A stretch of 64,000 nucleotides of DNA from NCBI GenBank assembly GCA_903864835.1, contig CAIPHK010000032.1, forward strand, positions 3,230 through 67,229, read 5' to 3'. This DNA comes from an uncultured bacterium. GTDB taxonomy: Bacteria; Margulisbacteria; Marinamargulisbacteria; SXXA01. Both the position numbers and the translations under genes were made by a program. Positions 19,986-28,815 of the stretch are shown here, one piece after another (within the stretch, counting starts at the first letter, position 1; every line of letters starts with the position of its first letter). The notes beneath the pieces are model-generated. The model made no database searches, was not told the DNA's origin, and worked only from the letters and a program-made list of their open reading frames with translations.

Positions 19986-21075
19986 TGAGATACTTCCCAC
20001 ATTAGATATTGAAGGACGACGGAATCGGCTTGATGAAGTGACGGCCGACAACGTCGCCGCAACCCTTCGAAAATCCCGTTTTACACCTGCTGACTTCCCG
20101 ACATTAATATCACCAGCCGCCCAAGCCTTTCTCGAACCCATGGCCCAGCTTGGCCATCAATTGACGGTCCAGCGATTTGGTCGGGTCATTCAGCTTTTCA
20201 TTCCCTTGTACATTTCTAACCTGTGTTACAACAAATGCACCTACTGCGGGTTCAGCGTCGACAAAAAATATCCCCGACGAATACTTAATGATTCCGAAAT
20301 TATCTCGGAGGCCAAAGTGTTGCAGGTTCGTGGGTTTCAGCATGTCATTGTTCTGACAGGGGAAGCGGAAGACAAGGTTGGGACGGAATACATTGCCCAT
20401 GCGATTACCTTGATGAAACCCTATTTTTCCTCGATCAGTATCGAAGTTCAACCGATGAACGAAGCAGACTATCTCAAAATGCGAGAGGTGGGTGTGGACA
20501 GCTTAACGTTGTTCCAGGAAACCTATCACCCGGACGCCTATGCCAAGTATCATCTTGCTGGAAAGAAAAAACATTTTTCCAATCGACTGGACGCAGTGGA
20601 TGCGGGGGCTAAAGCGGGATTTTACCGCATCGCATTAGGGGCGTTGTTAGGATTAACCGATTGGCGATATGACGCATTGGCCCTCTCCCAGCACATCATC
20701 TATCTACAAAAAAAATATTGGAGAACCCAATACGGCATTTCATTTCCACGAATCAAAGATATGGGCAGTGACTTTGATATCCAACATCCGGTAGCAGACC
20801 GCGATATAGTGCAATTCATTACCGCATTTCGGCTTTGTTTCCCCGATTTAGGTATCACATTATCCACTCGGGAATCGGCGACCCTTCGGGATCAATTGGT
20901 GCCACTGGGAATCACCCAAATGTCAGCCGAGTCCAATACATCGCCCGGGGGGTACTCTGGAATGGACGCAGAACCCCAATTCGAGACATCAGATCATCGG
21001 TCTTTGCAAGAAATTAGAGAGACGTTGGCAGGGTTAGGGTATGACTCAGTAATGAAAGACTGGGTAAACGCGTAA
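19978..21075 (+). CDS. thiH: 2-iminoacetate synthase (radical SAM tyrosine lyase)
   Basis: [36 protein letters not shown]; overlaps thiG. Confidence 0.93.
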   Translation: MFSEILPTLDIEGRRNRLDEVTADNVAATLRKSRFTPADFPTLISPAAQAFLEPMAQLGHQLTVQRFGRVIQLFIPLYISNLCYNKCTYCGFSVDKKYPRRILNDSEIISEAKVLQVRGFQHVIVLTGEAEDKVGTEYIAHAITLMKPYFSSISIEVQPMNEADYLKMREVGVDSLTLFQETYHPDAYAKYHLAGKKKHFSNRLDAVDAGAKAGFYRIALGALLGLTDWRYDALALSQHIIYLQKKYWRTQYGISFPRIKDMGSDFDIQHPVADRDIVQFITAFRLCFPDLGITLSTRESATLRDQLVPLGITQMSAESNTSPGGYSGMDAEPQFETSDHRSLQEIRETLAGLGYDSVMKDWVNA

Positions 21076-21083
21076 AGGGCAAT

Positions 21084-21833
21084 TTACGTTTGGTCGTCGT
21101 TGCGGTCGAGTTCTGCAATCAGCGCATCCAATTCGGGGTTTTCACAGCTTACCCACCCCGTAATTTTACGATCGGATTCGGTTTTATGTTGAGGCAATAG
21201 AATAGAGACCTGGTTGACAACAAGATCTTGATGCCCACCGTCTGATTGAAATCGAGATAGGACGGCATCACAATGACGTCGAAATTCAGATGCGTTGGTC
21301 CAAACTGGAACCTGGCCACCCATTGATGTATCGACCACAGAATAGCGCCCGTTTGCAAACTCAACACCAAATCCATGTTCGATATGTTGAGATTTTGGCC
21401 GAAATTGCAGATGGATAATTAATTTTTGTTCTGGTTTGGCGGTAACGGAATTTAAAATAGACCGCCACAGTCCATCCGGAAATCCGGTTACTATTTCCCA
21501 CCGCAAGTTATGAGAATAAAGACTCTCTATAGATTTCATCCCCAAAGTGCTTCCCAAAACCCCCGCATGCAACAGTGTGCCCGTGGCATTCTTTTGGCAA
21601 TTATAATGACTTGCAGATGCCGCCAGAACCAGTGATAAAGCGTCTTTATCCGTTGGATTCAAAGGGAAATTGAGTTTTCCAGAGGCCCAAACCAGCGCCA
21701 GTCCAAACCCCGCATCTTTTTTAAGATCTCCGGCCATTGCCTGAGATGAGCGGTCATCGTACGGCAACGTCAAAGGTGAAATAGAAATGTGGCGATGCAA
21801 AATCCAAATACTCATTATCGACTGATCATACAA
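21084..21833 (-). CDS. Hypothetical protein, possible catalytically dead YopT/AvrPphB-like (C58) peptidase
   Basis: Q...DAGFGLALVW (cf. GxCxGLxxxW) and EHGFGVEFANGRYSVVDTSMG (cf. HAIA...FDPNFG); real start may be ATG 21815. Confidence 0.5.
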   Translation of the reverse strand: MYDQSIMSIWILHRHISISPLTLPYDDRSSQAMAGDLKKDAGFGLALVWASGKLNFPLNPTDKDALSLVLAASASHYNCQKNATGTLLHAGVLGSTLGMKSIESLYSHNLRWEIVTGFPDGLWRSILNSVTAKPEQKLIIHLQFRPKSQHIEHGFGVEFANGRYSVVDTSMGGQVPVWTNASEFRRHCDAVLSRFQSDGGHQDLVVNQVSILLPQHKTESDRKITGWVSCENPELDALIAELDRNDDQT

Positions 21834-21936
21834 ACTTATCGATAGTTTTTCACGTTTAATTAGGTTGTTTTGGCGTTTGAGGTCTATTCATTGAGGGAAT
21901 AGGACAGGGAAATCTACTGGGGAGGGATTACTCATA

Positions 21937-24621
21937 ATGACGCTACCGCCTATTAATCATAATTTTAGGTCTAATCCATCTCAATCGTCTACACCAAAGA
22001 AAAATCCATTTGCATCTGGGCCTAAATCCGTCTTGCCTAAAACACCGATACCATCCCCTCCAGGTTTAAGTAATTTACCCGGGATTAGTTTTGAAGGTAT
22101 CAAAAAAATATCAAGTAATTCATCTCTAAATTCCTCCTATGACGGAGCAACGAGCAATGAATCACGGGAAGTCACGCCTCCTATTTCCGATGTATTCCAG
22201 GAAAGCGTTTCTCGATCGCCTATTACCCCTAAGGAACGATTCCTAGCGACGCCAACGCCAGCGTGGGGACGAACAGTTTGTGACTTAGCCCTACCCGGCA
22301 ATTTACTCGAATATTCCGGTGGCAAAACCTTGAGGTCAAAGACCGTCAGTGAAATGGCCGGGTATCAACATCTTAGAAACTCACCGATTTCCATGAACAC
22401 TTCCCCGATATTAGAGAGGTCTGGAGGTCCGTTAGTCACCGAAATTACAGTCGATATGTCCAAATGTTTTCATGTTGGACCGATTCTGGGTGGCGGTGCA
22501 ACGGCATCTGTAGCGACTGGAAAGATGACCAAGTCGGGTACTGAAACTCAAGATGTTGCTATAAAAAAAGTTAAAGTTGATGCGTTTGACACCGAGGGGT
22601 TAGAACGGTGTATTCGGGAGCGAGAACTATTGGAACATCTTAGCTATATTCCGGGGGTAGTAAAGTGCCACGACTTCTTCTCATTCGTTGGGGAAGGTGG
22701 CCCACAAATTGCGTACGCCCTTTCTCTAGAGGGGCCATCATTGCAGTCACTTATTTATCCGGTGAAAACAACTCCAGACAGCATTGAATTACGCACCCCG
22801 GATGACCCAATATTTCCATTGTGCGAGGCACCAACGGTCCATATTCGAGAAACATACCCAAGGTTCATCGACTCTCTTCTCAAAACTGCCGTTGCGATTT
22901 TTGATGCGGGTGTTATTCATGGCGACTATAAACCCGATAATATTTTAGTCGGTAAAAAAGATGGGATGGCCAAAATCTGCGATTTTGGATTTTCTTTGTA
23001 TGCAAATGAGATGGGCCTAGCGCCTCGGCCGGCTCAGTACACGCCAGATTATGCGGCCCCGGAAATATCGAATGGAAAGGGTCCGTCGTCGCAAAAGTCG
23101 GAGGTATTTTCTTTAGGCTGTGTTCTATACGAAATGTATACCGGAACAAAGTTTACAACAGGTAACGAGGTAGTTAAACGTATTATTGCACTGACTAAGG
23201 GAAACCCCGATCCCAAAATTCCAAAATTTGAAACCCTCAGACAAGTACCCGGTGTTTCATCTCATGTGGTCTCCTTAATCAAGGATATGCTGGAGTTAAA
23301 TCCAGACGATCGACCGACATTGAAAGAGGCGAGCGACCGATTTAACGACCCCTCGTTGATGCCACCTAGTGATCGTGTTACTGCCCAACCCACAATGGAG
23401 ATACTTCGTCGTCTATACATGGGACCTCAGAATCTAAATCCGGGATACAATCCGTTAGAAAGAGAGCGTGTTTCGGGTCAACTTCAAGCCAGCTTTGAAG
23501 AATCGGGGCGTCAAGACGAAAAGACGCCCAAACGTCGTCTACGCGATGAAATGTCGACTTTGGCAAAACAAACCCCTGGATTTATGGCGGGAAGGAAGAT
23601 CGGAGTCAATAGGAGAAATGAATCGATCATTGCGTTCGGTACGTCTGAGATGATGTTGAGTAAAGATGCCGCTGGCAAAGGCGGGTTTGGTAAAGTAAAG
23701 CTATCCCAAAAAAAGGTGAATGGACAAACGCTTGATGTGGCCATAAAACGAACTCTTGCAAAAGGAAATCCACTTAAAGCAATTCGAGAAATTCTTAGAG
23801 AACACCGTATTCAGTCTCAATTTTCGGGGTGTGGGTCGATCTTACAATCCTATGGCGTGGGGTATTATGAATCGAATAAAGCGATACACATGGGGTCTGC
23901 CGTCGATAAATATGAAATCCCTAAATTTGGAGAAGGACAGACAACACTACATACTTTTTCCGAATTAGAACTTGCGCTTGGGCACTTTAAGGTACCGAAG
24001 GACGGTATTCCTGTAGAGATTGCGATCGATCATTTTATTAAATTAGCATCAGCTGTGGATCTGATGCATCAACATCAAGTTGTTCACCGAGATCTAAAAT
24101 ACGCAAATATCCTGCTTGGCACAGACGGTGAACTCAAAATTTCAGATTTCGGCTCGGCTGTCGAAAAAATACCGCCCGATATGCTGGTTCGGAAAAGTGT
24201 AGCGGGTACGCCCGCATTATTACCCCCAGAAACGCTAGGGTTAACCGATGGGAAAATGAAGGGAATCGAATGTGTTTGTCATGAATCGGATTGGTATTCA
24301 CTGGGGTATGTCTTTTCGGCTATGCTCACAGGGCAATCCCACCTCAAAAACGAGTCGGTTTATCAGTCGGATCATCCTAAACGGGTTGATTGGCCCAAAT
24401 TGGAAAGTTACCTTACAACAAATGTGTTTCGGCGCAACATCGAAACGGACATGACAGAAAAACGGCTTCCCCGTTTGATAATTGACCTATTATTACAAAT
24501 GACGAAATTCGACCCCAAAGACCGTCCCTCAGGAACCAAAATCATCGCACAACTTACGGATATCAAAGCATCTCTTGTAACCTTAGCGGACGGTCCCGAT
24601 GAAGAGTCTACTTCCTATTGA
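21937..24621 (+). CDS. Tandem (two-domain) Hanks-type Ser/Thr protein kinase with long S/P-rich N-terminus
   Basis: Domain 1: GGGATASV, VAIKK, HGDYKPDN, DFG, APE; domain 2: GKGGFGKV, VAIKR, HRDLKYAN, DFG, PPE, DWYSLG; SD GGAGGG. Confidence 0.9.
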   Translation: MTLPPINHNFRSNPSQSSTPKKNPFASGPKSVLPKTPIPSPPGLSNLPGISFEGIKKISSNSSLNSSYDGATSNESREVTPPISDVFQESVSRSPITPKERFLATPTPAWGRTVCDLALPGNLLEYSGGKTLRSKTVSEMAGYQHLRNSPISMNTSPILERSGGPLVTEITVDMSKCFHVGPILGGGATASVATGKMTKSGTETQDVAIKKVKVDAFDTEGLERCIRERELLEHLSYIPGVVKCHDFFSFVGEGGPQIAYALSLEGPSLQSLIYPVKTTPDSIELRTPDDPIFPLCEAPTVHIRETYPRFIDSLLKTAVAIFDAGVIHGDYKPDNILVGKKDGMAKICDFGFSLYANEMGLAPRPAQYTPDYAAPEISNGKGPSSQKSEVFSLGCVLYEMYTGTKFTTGNEVVKRIIALTKGNPDPKIPKFETLRQVPGVSSHVVSLIKDMLELNPDDRPTLKEASDRFNDPSLMPPSDRVTAQPTMEILRRLYMGPQNLNPGYNPLERERVSGQLQASFEESGRQDEKTPKRRLRDEMSTLAKQTPGFMAGRKIGVNRRNESIIAFGTSEMMLSKDAAGKGGFGKVKLSQKKVNGQTLDVAIKRTLAKGNPLKAIREILREHRIQSQFSGCGSILQSYGVGYYESNKAIHMGSAVDKYEIPKFGEGQTTLHTFSELELALGHFKVPKDGIPVEIAIDHFIKLASAVDLMHQHQVVHRDLKYANILLGTDGELKISDFGSAVEKIPPDMLVRKSVAGTPALLPPETLGLTDGKMKGIECVCHESDWYSLGYVFSAMLTGQSHLKNESVYQSDHPKRVDWPKLESYLTTNVFRRNIETDMTEKRLPRLIIDLLLQMTKFDPKDRPSGTKIIAQLTDIKASLVTLADGPDEESTSY

Positions 24622-25313
24622 TTTACCGTGACGTAATGGGTGCTTCTCCCCATGCCCCGCTGTTCGATCTCTCCCCGATTCACCAAGTCGGTGAGCTCAA
24701 GATGTGCTGTTTTATGAGAGACACCGTAAAGAGCCCGATATATTTTGTTTTGAATGGTCGGATTTTGTTTTAGATAGGATATTGCTTCGATCTGACGCCA
24801 GGTGAGCCGCGATTCATTCAGGTTAAGGCCGGGGATTTGCTCGGATATGCCAGGAGATGGGGGGATTTCATTTTCAACGGCTGATACCTCCGCTGAAGGC
24901 ATTGCCACTTCTACGATTGTAGATTTAGGCAAGTGCTCCTCGATTAACCGAAAAACCCAAGGACGCGATTCATCCAAGGTGTAAATCACATCGTGATAAG
25001 AATAGGGTCGATACCCTCCCATTTGAACGTCAAGAACGTGAATTTTTCGGTCCCCTTTTTCAACACAGGAGACGGTAACCGAAACTGAAGGGGAAATATC
25101 TTTGAGTAAGGCGGCGATCTGAGCGTCGGTTAAGGTAGATCCCAAAAAATGCAAGTTGGCGCGATCAATACCCACAATCGCCAGCCCGCCAATGGTGTTA
25201 GCAAACGCTGTAATCACTTGGCCCAATGAAACAATGTCGTCCACATTCTTAAAGAATTTAGTTGAGACGGAATCCCCGGACTGTATTAACTGAACAATAT
25301 CAGGCCATTTCAT
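24615..25313 (-). CDS. AlbA_2/Schlafen-like domain + C-terminal winged HTH protein
   Basis: AFANTIGGLAIVGID, RPYSY; C-terminal RQIEAISYL..IQNKIYRALYGVSHKTAHLELTDLV..G.GRSTHY. Confidence 0.8.
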   Translation of the reverse strand: MKWPDIVQLIQSGDSVSTKFFKNVDDIVSLGQVITAFANTIGGLAIVGIDRANLHFLGSTLTDAQIAALLKDISPSVSVTVSCVEKGDRKIHVLDVQMGGYRPYSYHDVIYTLDESRPWVFRLIEEHLPKSTIVEVAMPSAEVSAVENEIPPSPGISEQIPGLNLNESRLTWRQIEAISYLKQNPTIQNKIYRALYGVSHKTAHLELTDLVNRGEIEQRGMGRSTHYVTVNQ

Positions 25314-25451
25314 GCACTATACCCTCATTCTCAACAGGTTGCTGGCAATCTAGTATACTTGTTTATTCCGAAATGTATTTTAAGTAAATTGAGCGGAACA
25401 CTATAATAGATCCTACACTAAAATGTACGCTCATGCGAGGAAAGAAAAACC

Positions 25452-25907
25452 ATGGAAAAACGACCTAGAGGAAGACAGCGTTTGGACGATATCGATCATG
25501 ACGGATTCATGGTTTTGTTAAACGAATGCGGCAATATTACACGGGCCGCAATTATGTTTCAGATGGATCCCAACGTCGTCAAAATGCAACTGCTTCGCAA
25601 AAACTTAAGGATTGGGCGACGGTTTCATATCGTAAAAAATGAAGATCTCCCAGTTACCGGTCGGATAGAAAAAAAGATGTCAGGCCCAGAGACCTTTGTT
25701 GTTGGGGGGCGGTCCGTAACGATTACAGAGCTCACGGACACGCTGAATGAGTTAGGGAATATTAGTAAAGCGTCGCTCAAACTCGGCCTGGTTGACAGCG
25801 GCATTCGTACTACCCTAAAAAATCGAGGGTACGAGATGAAGATCGAGTACATTTTAGTTCCTGCTGACGAAGTTCAGCCCAGAAACAAGCCTATTTCTTT
25901 TGCTTAA
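25452..25907 (+). CDS. Hypothetical protein with two Fis-like HTH repeats
   Basis: LNECGNITRAAIMFQM.. and LNELGNISKASLKLGL..; SD GAGG; upstream TTTAAG-17-TATAAT. Confidence 0.6.
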   Translation: MEKRPRGRQRLDDIDHDGFMVLLNECGNITRAAIMFQMDPNVVKMQLLRKNLRIGRRFHIVKNEDLPVTGRIEKKMSGPETFVVGGRSVTITELTDTLNELGNISKASLKLGLVDSGIRTTLKNRGYEMKIEYILVPADEVQPRNKPISFA

Positions 25908-25942
25908 ATTGACGTAGTCTCCGCATTATTCCCCGGAGTGAT

Positions 25943-26146
25943 TCAGAAATTTCGCGAGAAAATGAGGGGGGGGACGTGAGTCGCTTTAACAATAGGATTG
26001 GACAATATTTTATCTTTTATAGCCTGACGTTGGAGTGATTCTGCCGTGGTCAGTGAAAAATCCGTAGTCGATGCTCGCTTATATCGGGGATCTTCCGCTA
26101 GTAGCGATCGTTGAATCGATGGTTTAATTGTCGATGATGAAGACAT
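25943..26146 (-). CDS. Possible small Ser-rich hypothetical protein
   Basis: MSSSSTIKPSIQ... fills the gap between neighbours but its start overlaps the dsbD start region. Confidence 0.25.
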   Translation of the reverse strand: MSSSSTIKPSIQRSLLAEDPRYKRASTTDFSLTTAESLQRQAIKDKILSNPIVKATHVPPLIFSRNF

Positions 26147-27840
26147 TGAACCGTTTATTCCCTGCCCTCTTGGCCTGGAAACATCGAAAAAGCCTAATTT
26201 TAGTGGCTTTGGCAATGACGTGCGGGTCTCTTTACGCAGGCAACAGAGTGACGGCTACACTCCTCACCCACCGATCAGCCCCGACCGCACCCATTCAAAT
26301 TAGCGTTCAGTTGTCGGTCCCTAAAGGCTGGCATATCTATGGGCAATCACCCGGTGATGTGGGTCGTCCTACCACCGTAAAGTGGCTACCCTCATCGATT
26401 GGGATCACCCCCCTTCCCTGGCCAAAAGCAATTCCGTTTACGTTGGGACCGATTACCAGCTATGGATATTCCGATGTTGTCGATCTGCCCTATCGGGTCG
26501 ACGCTAACCCTACGGCGCCATTCCAAGTTAAGGGCACCGCTGAATGGATTGTGTGTAAAGAAGAATGTATTCCAGAATCGGAAGAAATTTCCCTTATTAT
26601 TGATCCCAAATTAGTTTCTCTAGTTTCCGATTCAAACCCGACAAGCCCACACAATCGCGCGTTTCCATGGATGGCGATATTGGGCGCGTTTATTGGGGGG
26701 CTAATCCTCAATTTGATGCCGTGTGTCTTTCCTGTTTTATCTCTCAAAATTTTATCCTTAGCAAAGTTGTCTGGCGGAGATCGGAAGGAATTGCGTAAGA
26801 ACGGTATCGTTTTTTCCGCTGGAATTTTGGCGAGTATTTGGGCCCTCGCCCTTGGGATTATCCTACTTCGTGAGGGATCCAATGCGTTGGGTTGGGGATT
26901 TCAGCTTCAATCGCCGATTGTGGTGGTTGGACTCATACTTATATTTACAACGATGGCAGCCAACTTATTTGGGGCCTTTGAAATTGGGGTGTCGTTGACA
27001 CGGGTTCAGAGCGTGGGACGCTCGGGGAAATTGGCAACGTTTTTAAACGGGGTCCTTGTGACCGTGGTGGCGACCCCCTGTACGGCCCCGTTTATGGGCG
27101 TTGCACTAGGCGTCGCTTTTACTCAAACCGCGATTGTGTCGCTGATTATTTTTACTTCGTTAGGGATTGGGTTGGCTGCCCCCTACCTCGCGCTTTCCGC
27201 CTTTCCCGAATTGATTCAGTCCCTTCCAAAGCCAGGTCGATGGATGGATACCCTTAAACAAGGCCTTGGATTTCCATTGTTGGGCTCTGTCTTATGGCTG
27301 TCGTGGGTGGTCAATAAACAATTGGGCGCGGATGGCGCAGCGATGGCGTTGTTTGGGGCGTTGGCGGTGGCGGGGCTACTATGGGGATACGGAAGGCTTC
27401 TCGTCACTCAGAATCGCTTTAGGTGGGCAATCCTTGCACTAGCGATTGGCATGTCGATTGCCACTCTTTGGCAAATTAACCAAATTTCCAGGACACGGGC
27501 CATTGTTTGGGAAACCTATTCAAAAGAAGCGGTCTCCGAAGCCCGACAAACAGGTGCGACTGTCTTCATCGATTTCACAGCGGACTGGTGTTTGACCTGC
27601 CAATTTAATGAACGAACCGTTCTTAATTCAACACGGGTTCAGGCCGCATTTAATTCCCACCATGTCCGACGGTTTAAGGCAGACTGGACACGTAAAGATA
27701 CCGAGGTGACGCAAGCTCTAGTCGCGTTAGGCAGATCCGGAGTACCCGCCTACGTGGTCTATAACAAATCCAATTCGCCAATCTTGCTATCTGAAATTTT
27801 AACGGAATCAGAAGTAATCAAGGCCATCTCGGCCGATTAA
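26134..27840 (+). CDS. dsbD: Thiol:disulfide interchange protein DsbD/ScsB-like
   Basis: GWHIY..PGD.G.P and CKEEC N-domain; TM NLMPCVFP and ATPCTAP; thioredoxin DFTADWCLTC; start uncertain. Confidence 0.88.
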   Translation: MMKTLNRLFPALLAWKHRKSLILVALAMTCGSLYAGNRVTATLLTHRSAPTAPIQISVQLSVPKGWHIYGQSPGDVGRPTTVKWLPSSIGITPLPWPKAIPFTLGPITSYGYSDVVDLPYRVDANPTAPFQVKGTAEWIVCKEECIPESEEISLIIDPKLVSLVSDSNPTSPHNRAFPWMAILGAFIGGLILNLMPCVFPVLSLKILSLAKLSGGDRKELRKNGIVFSAGILASIWALALGIILLREGSNALGWGFQLQSPIVVVGLILIFTTMAANLFGAFEIGVSLTRVQSVGRSGKLATFLNGVLVTVVATPCTAPFMGVALGVAFTQTAIVSLIIFTSLGIGLAAPYLALSAFPELIQSLPKPGRWMDTLKQGLGFPLLGSVLWLSWVVNKQLGADGAAMALFGALAVAGLLWGYGRLLVTQNRFRWAILALAIGMSIATLWQINQISRTRAIVWETYSKEAVSEARQTGATVFIDFTADWCLTCQFNERTVLNSTRVQAAFNSHHVRRFKADWTRKDTEVTQALVALGRSGVPAYVVYNKSNSPILLSEILTESEVIKAISAD

Positions 27841-27843
27841 CTG

Positions 27844-28794
27844 TTATTCGTACAGTGACGAAATAGATTTGTGTTCGTGATTGCGTTGGATCGCTTCGGC
27901 CAATAATGGTGCAATCGGTAAAATGATGAGGTTCGCAAACCGCTTGGACTCCGGGATTGGAATCGTGTCGGTCGCAACTACTTCTTTAAAACTGGCCTTC
28001 GACAATCGTTCAACGGCCGGGCCTGAAAATACAGCGTGAGTCGTCGCTAAATAGATCTCATCGTTACAGCCATGTTTTCGTAACGCATCAATTCCGGAGG
28101 TAACCGAGCCGCCGGTATCCACCATGTCGTCGACCAGTAAAAGCGTTTTGCCTTTGACGTCTCCGACGATATTCATGATTTCAGCCACGTTATGTTGAGG
28201 TCGGGTTTTGTGCATAATCGCCAACTGGGCACCCAACCTGTCCCCTAGCTTTTTTGCAAATTTGGCGCGTCCGGCGTCCGGTGCGACTACGACAAGATCC
28301 TTAAGTTCTTTTTTTGAAAAATAATCTACGAATAATGGCAACGCGGTCAGGTGATCTACCGGTTGGTTAAAAAATCCCTGAATCTGATCTGCGTGCAAAT
28401 CCACCGTGATGAGGCGATCAAACCCAACCGCGGACATCAAGTCAGCCATTAGGCGCGCCGAAATAGGTTCTCGTGGTGCCGATTTTTTATCTTGCCGTGC
28501 ATATCCAAAATGAGGGATTACCACGTGAATTTTGGCGGCTGAGGCTCGCTTTAGGGCGTCCATCATCAAAAACAATTCCATATAATCGTCATTTGGCGTT
28601 GAACCAATCGTTTGGATAACGTAAATTTCATCGCCACGAATGGATTCATCCACCCTTGCGTACCGTTCGCCACAACTAAACTTAGATAGAGTGACACGTC
28701 CCAACTCAACACCTAACTGGCTGGCAATTTCTGCTGCAAGGACTGGGTGCGATGAACCGGAAACGATTTGAATATGAGGGCGGTCAAATGACAT
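27844..28794 (-). CDS. prs: Ribose-phosphate pyrophosphokinase
   Basis: YARQDKK, DLHADQIQGFF, VVAPDAG, VDDMVDTGGS, THAVFS. Confidence 0.97.
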   Translation of the reverse strand: MSFDRPHIQIVSGSSHPVLAAEIASQLGVELGRVTLSKFSCGERYARVDESIRGDEIYVIQTIGSTPNDDYMELFLMMDALKRASAAKIHVVIPHFGYARQDKKSAPREPISARLMADLMSAVGFDRLITVDLHADQIQGFFNQPVDHLTALPLFVDYFSKKELKDLVVVAPDAGRAKFAKKLGDRLGAQLAIMHKTRPQHNVAEIMNIVGDVKGKTLLLVDDMVDTGGSVTSGIDALRKHGCNDEIYLATTHAVFSGPAVERLSKASFKEVVATDTIPIPESKRFANLIILPIAPLLAEAIQRNHEHKSISSLYE

Positions 28795-28815
28795 AAGGAG
28801 AGAAATTATAGCCAG

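Noticed and set aside
19533-20141. 202-aa antisense ORF over thiG/thiH and the many other short shadow ORFs
   Set aside because: Overlap well-supported genes and show no protein-like motifs
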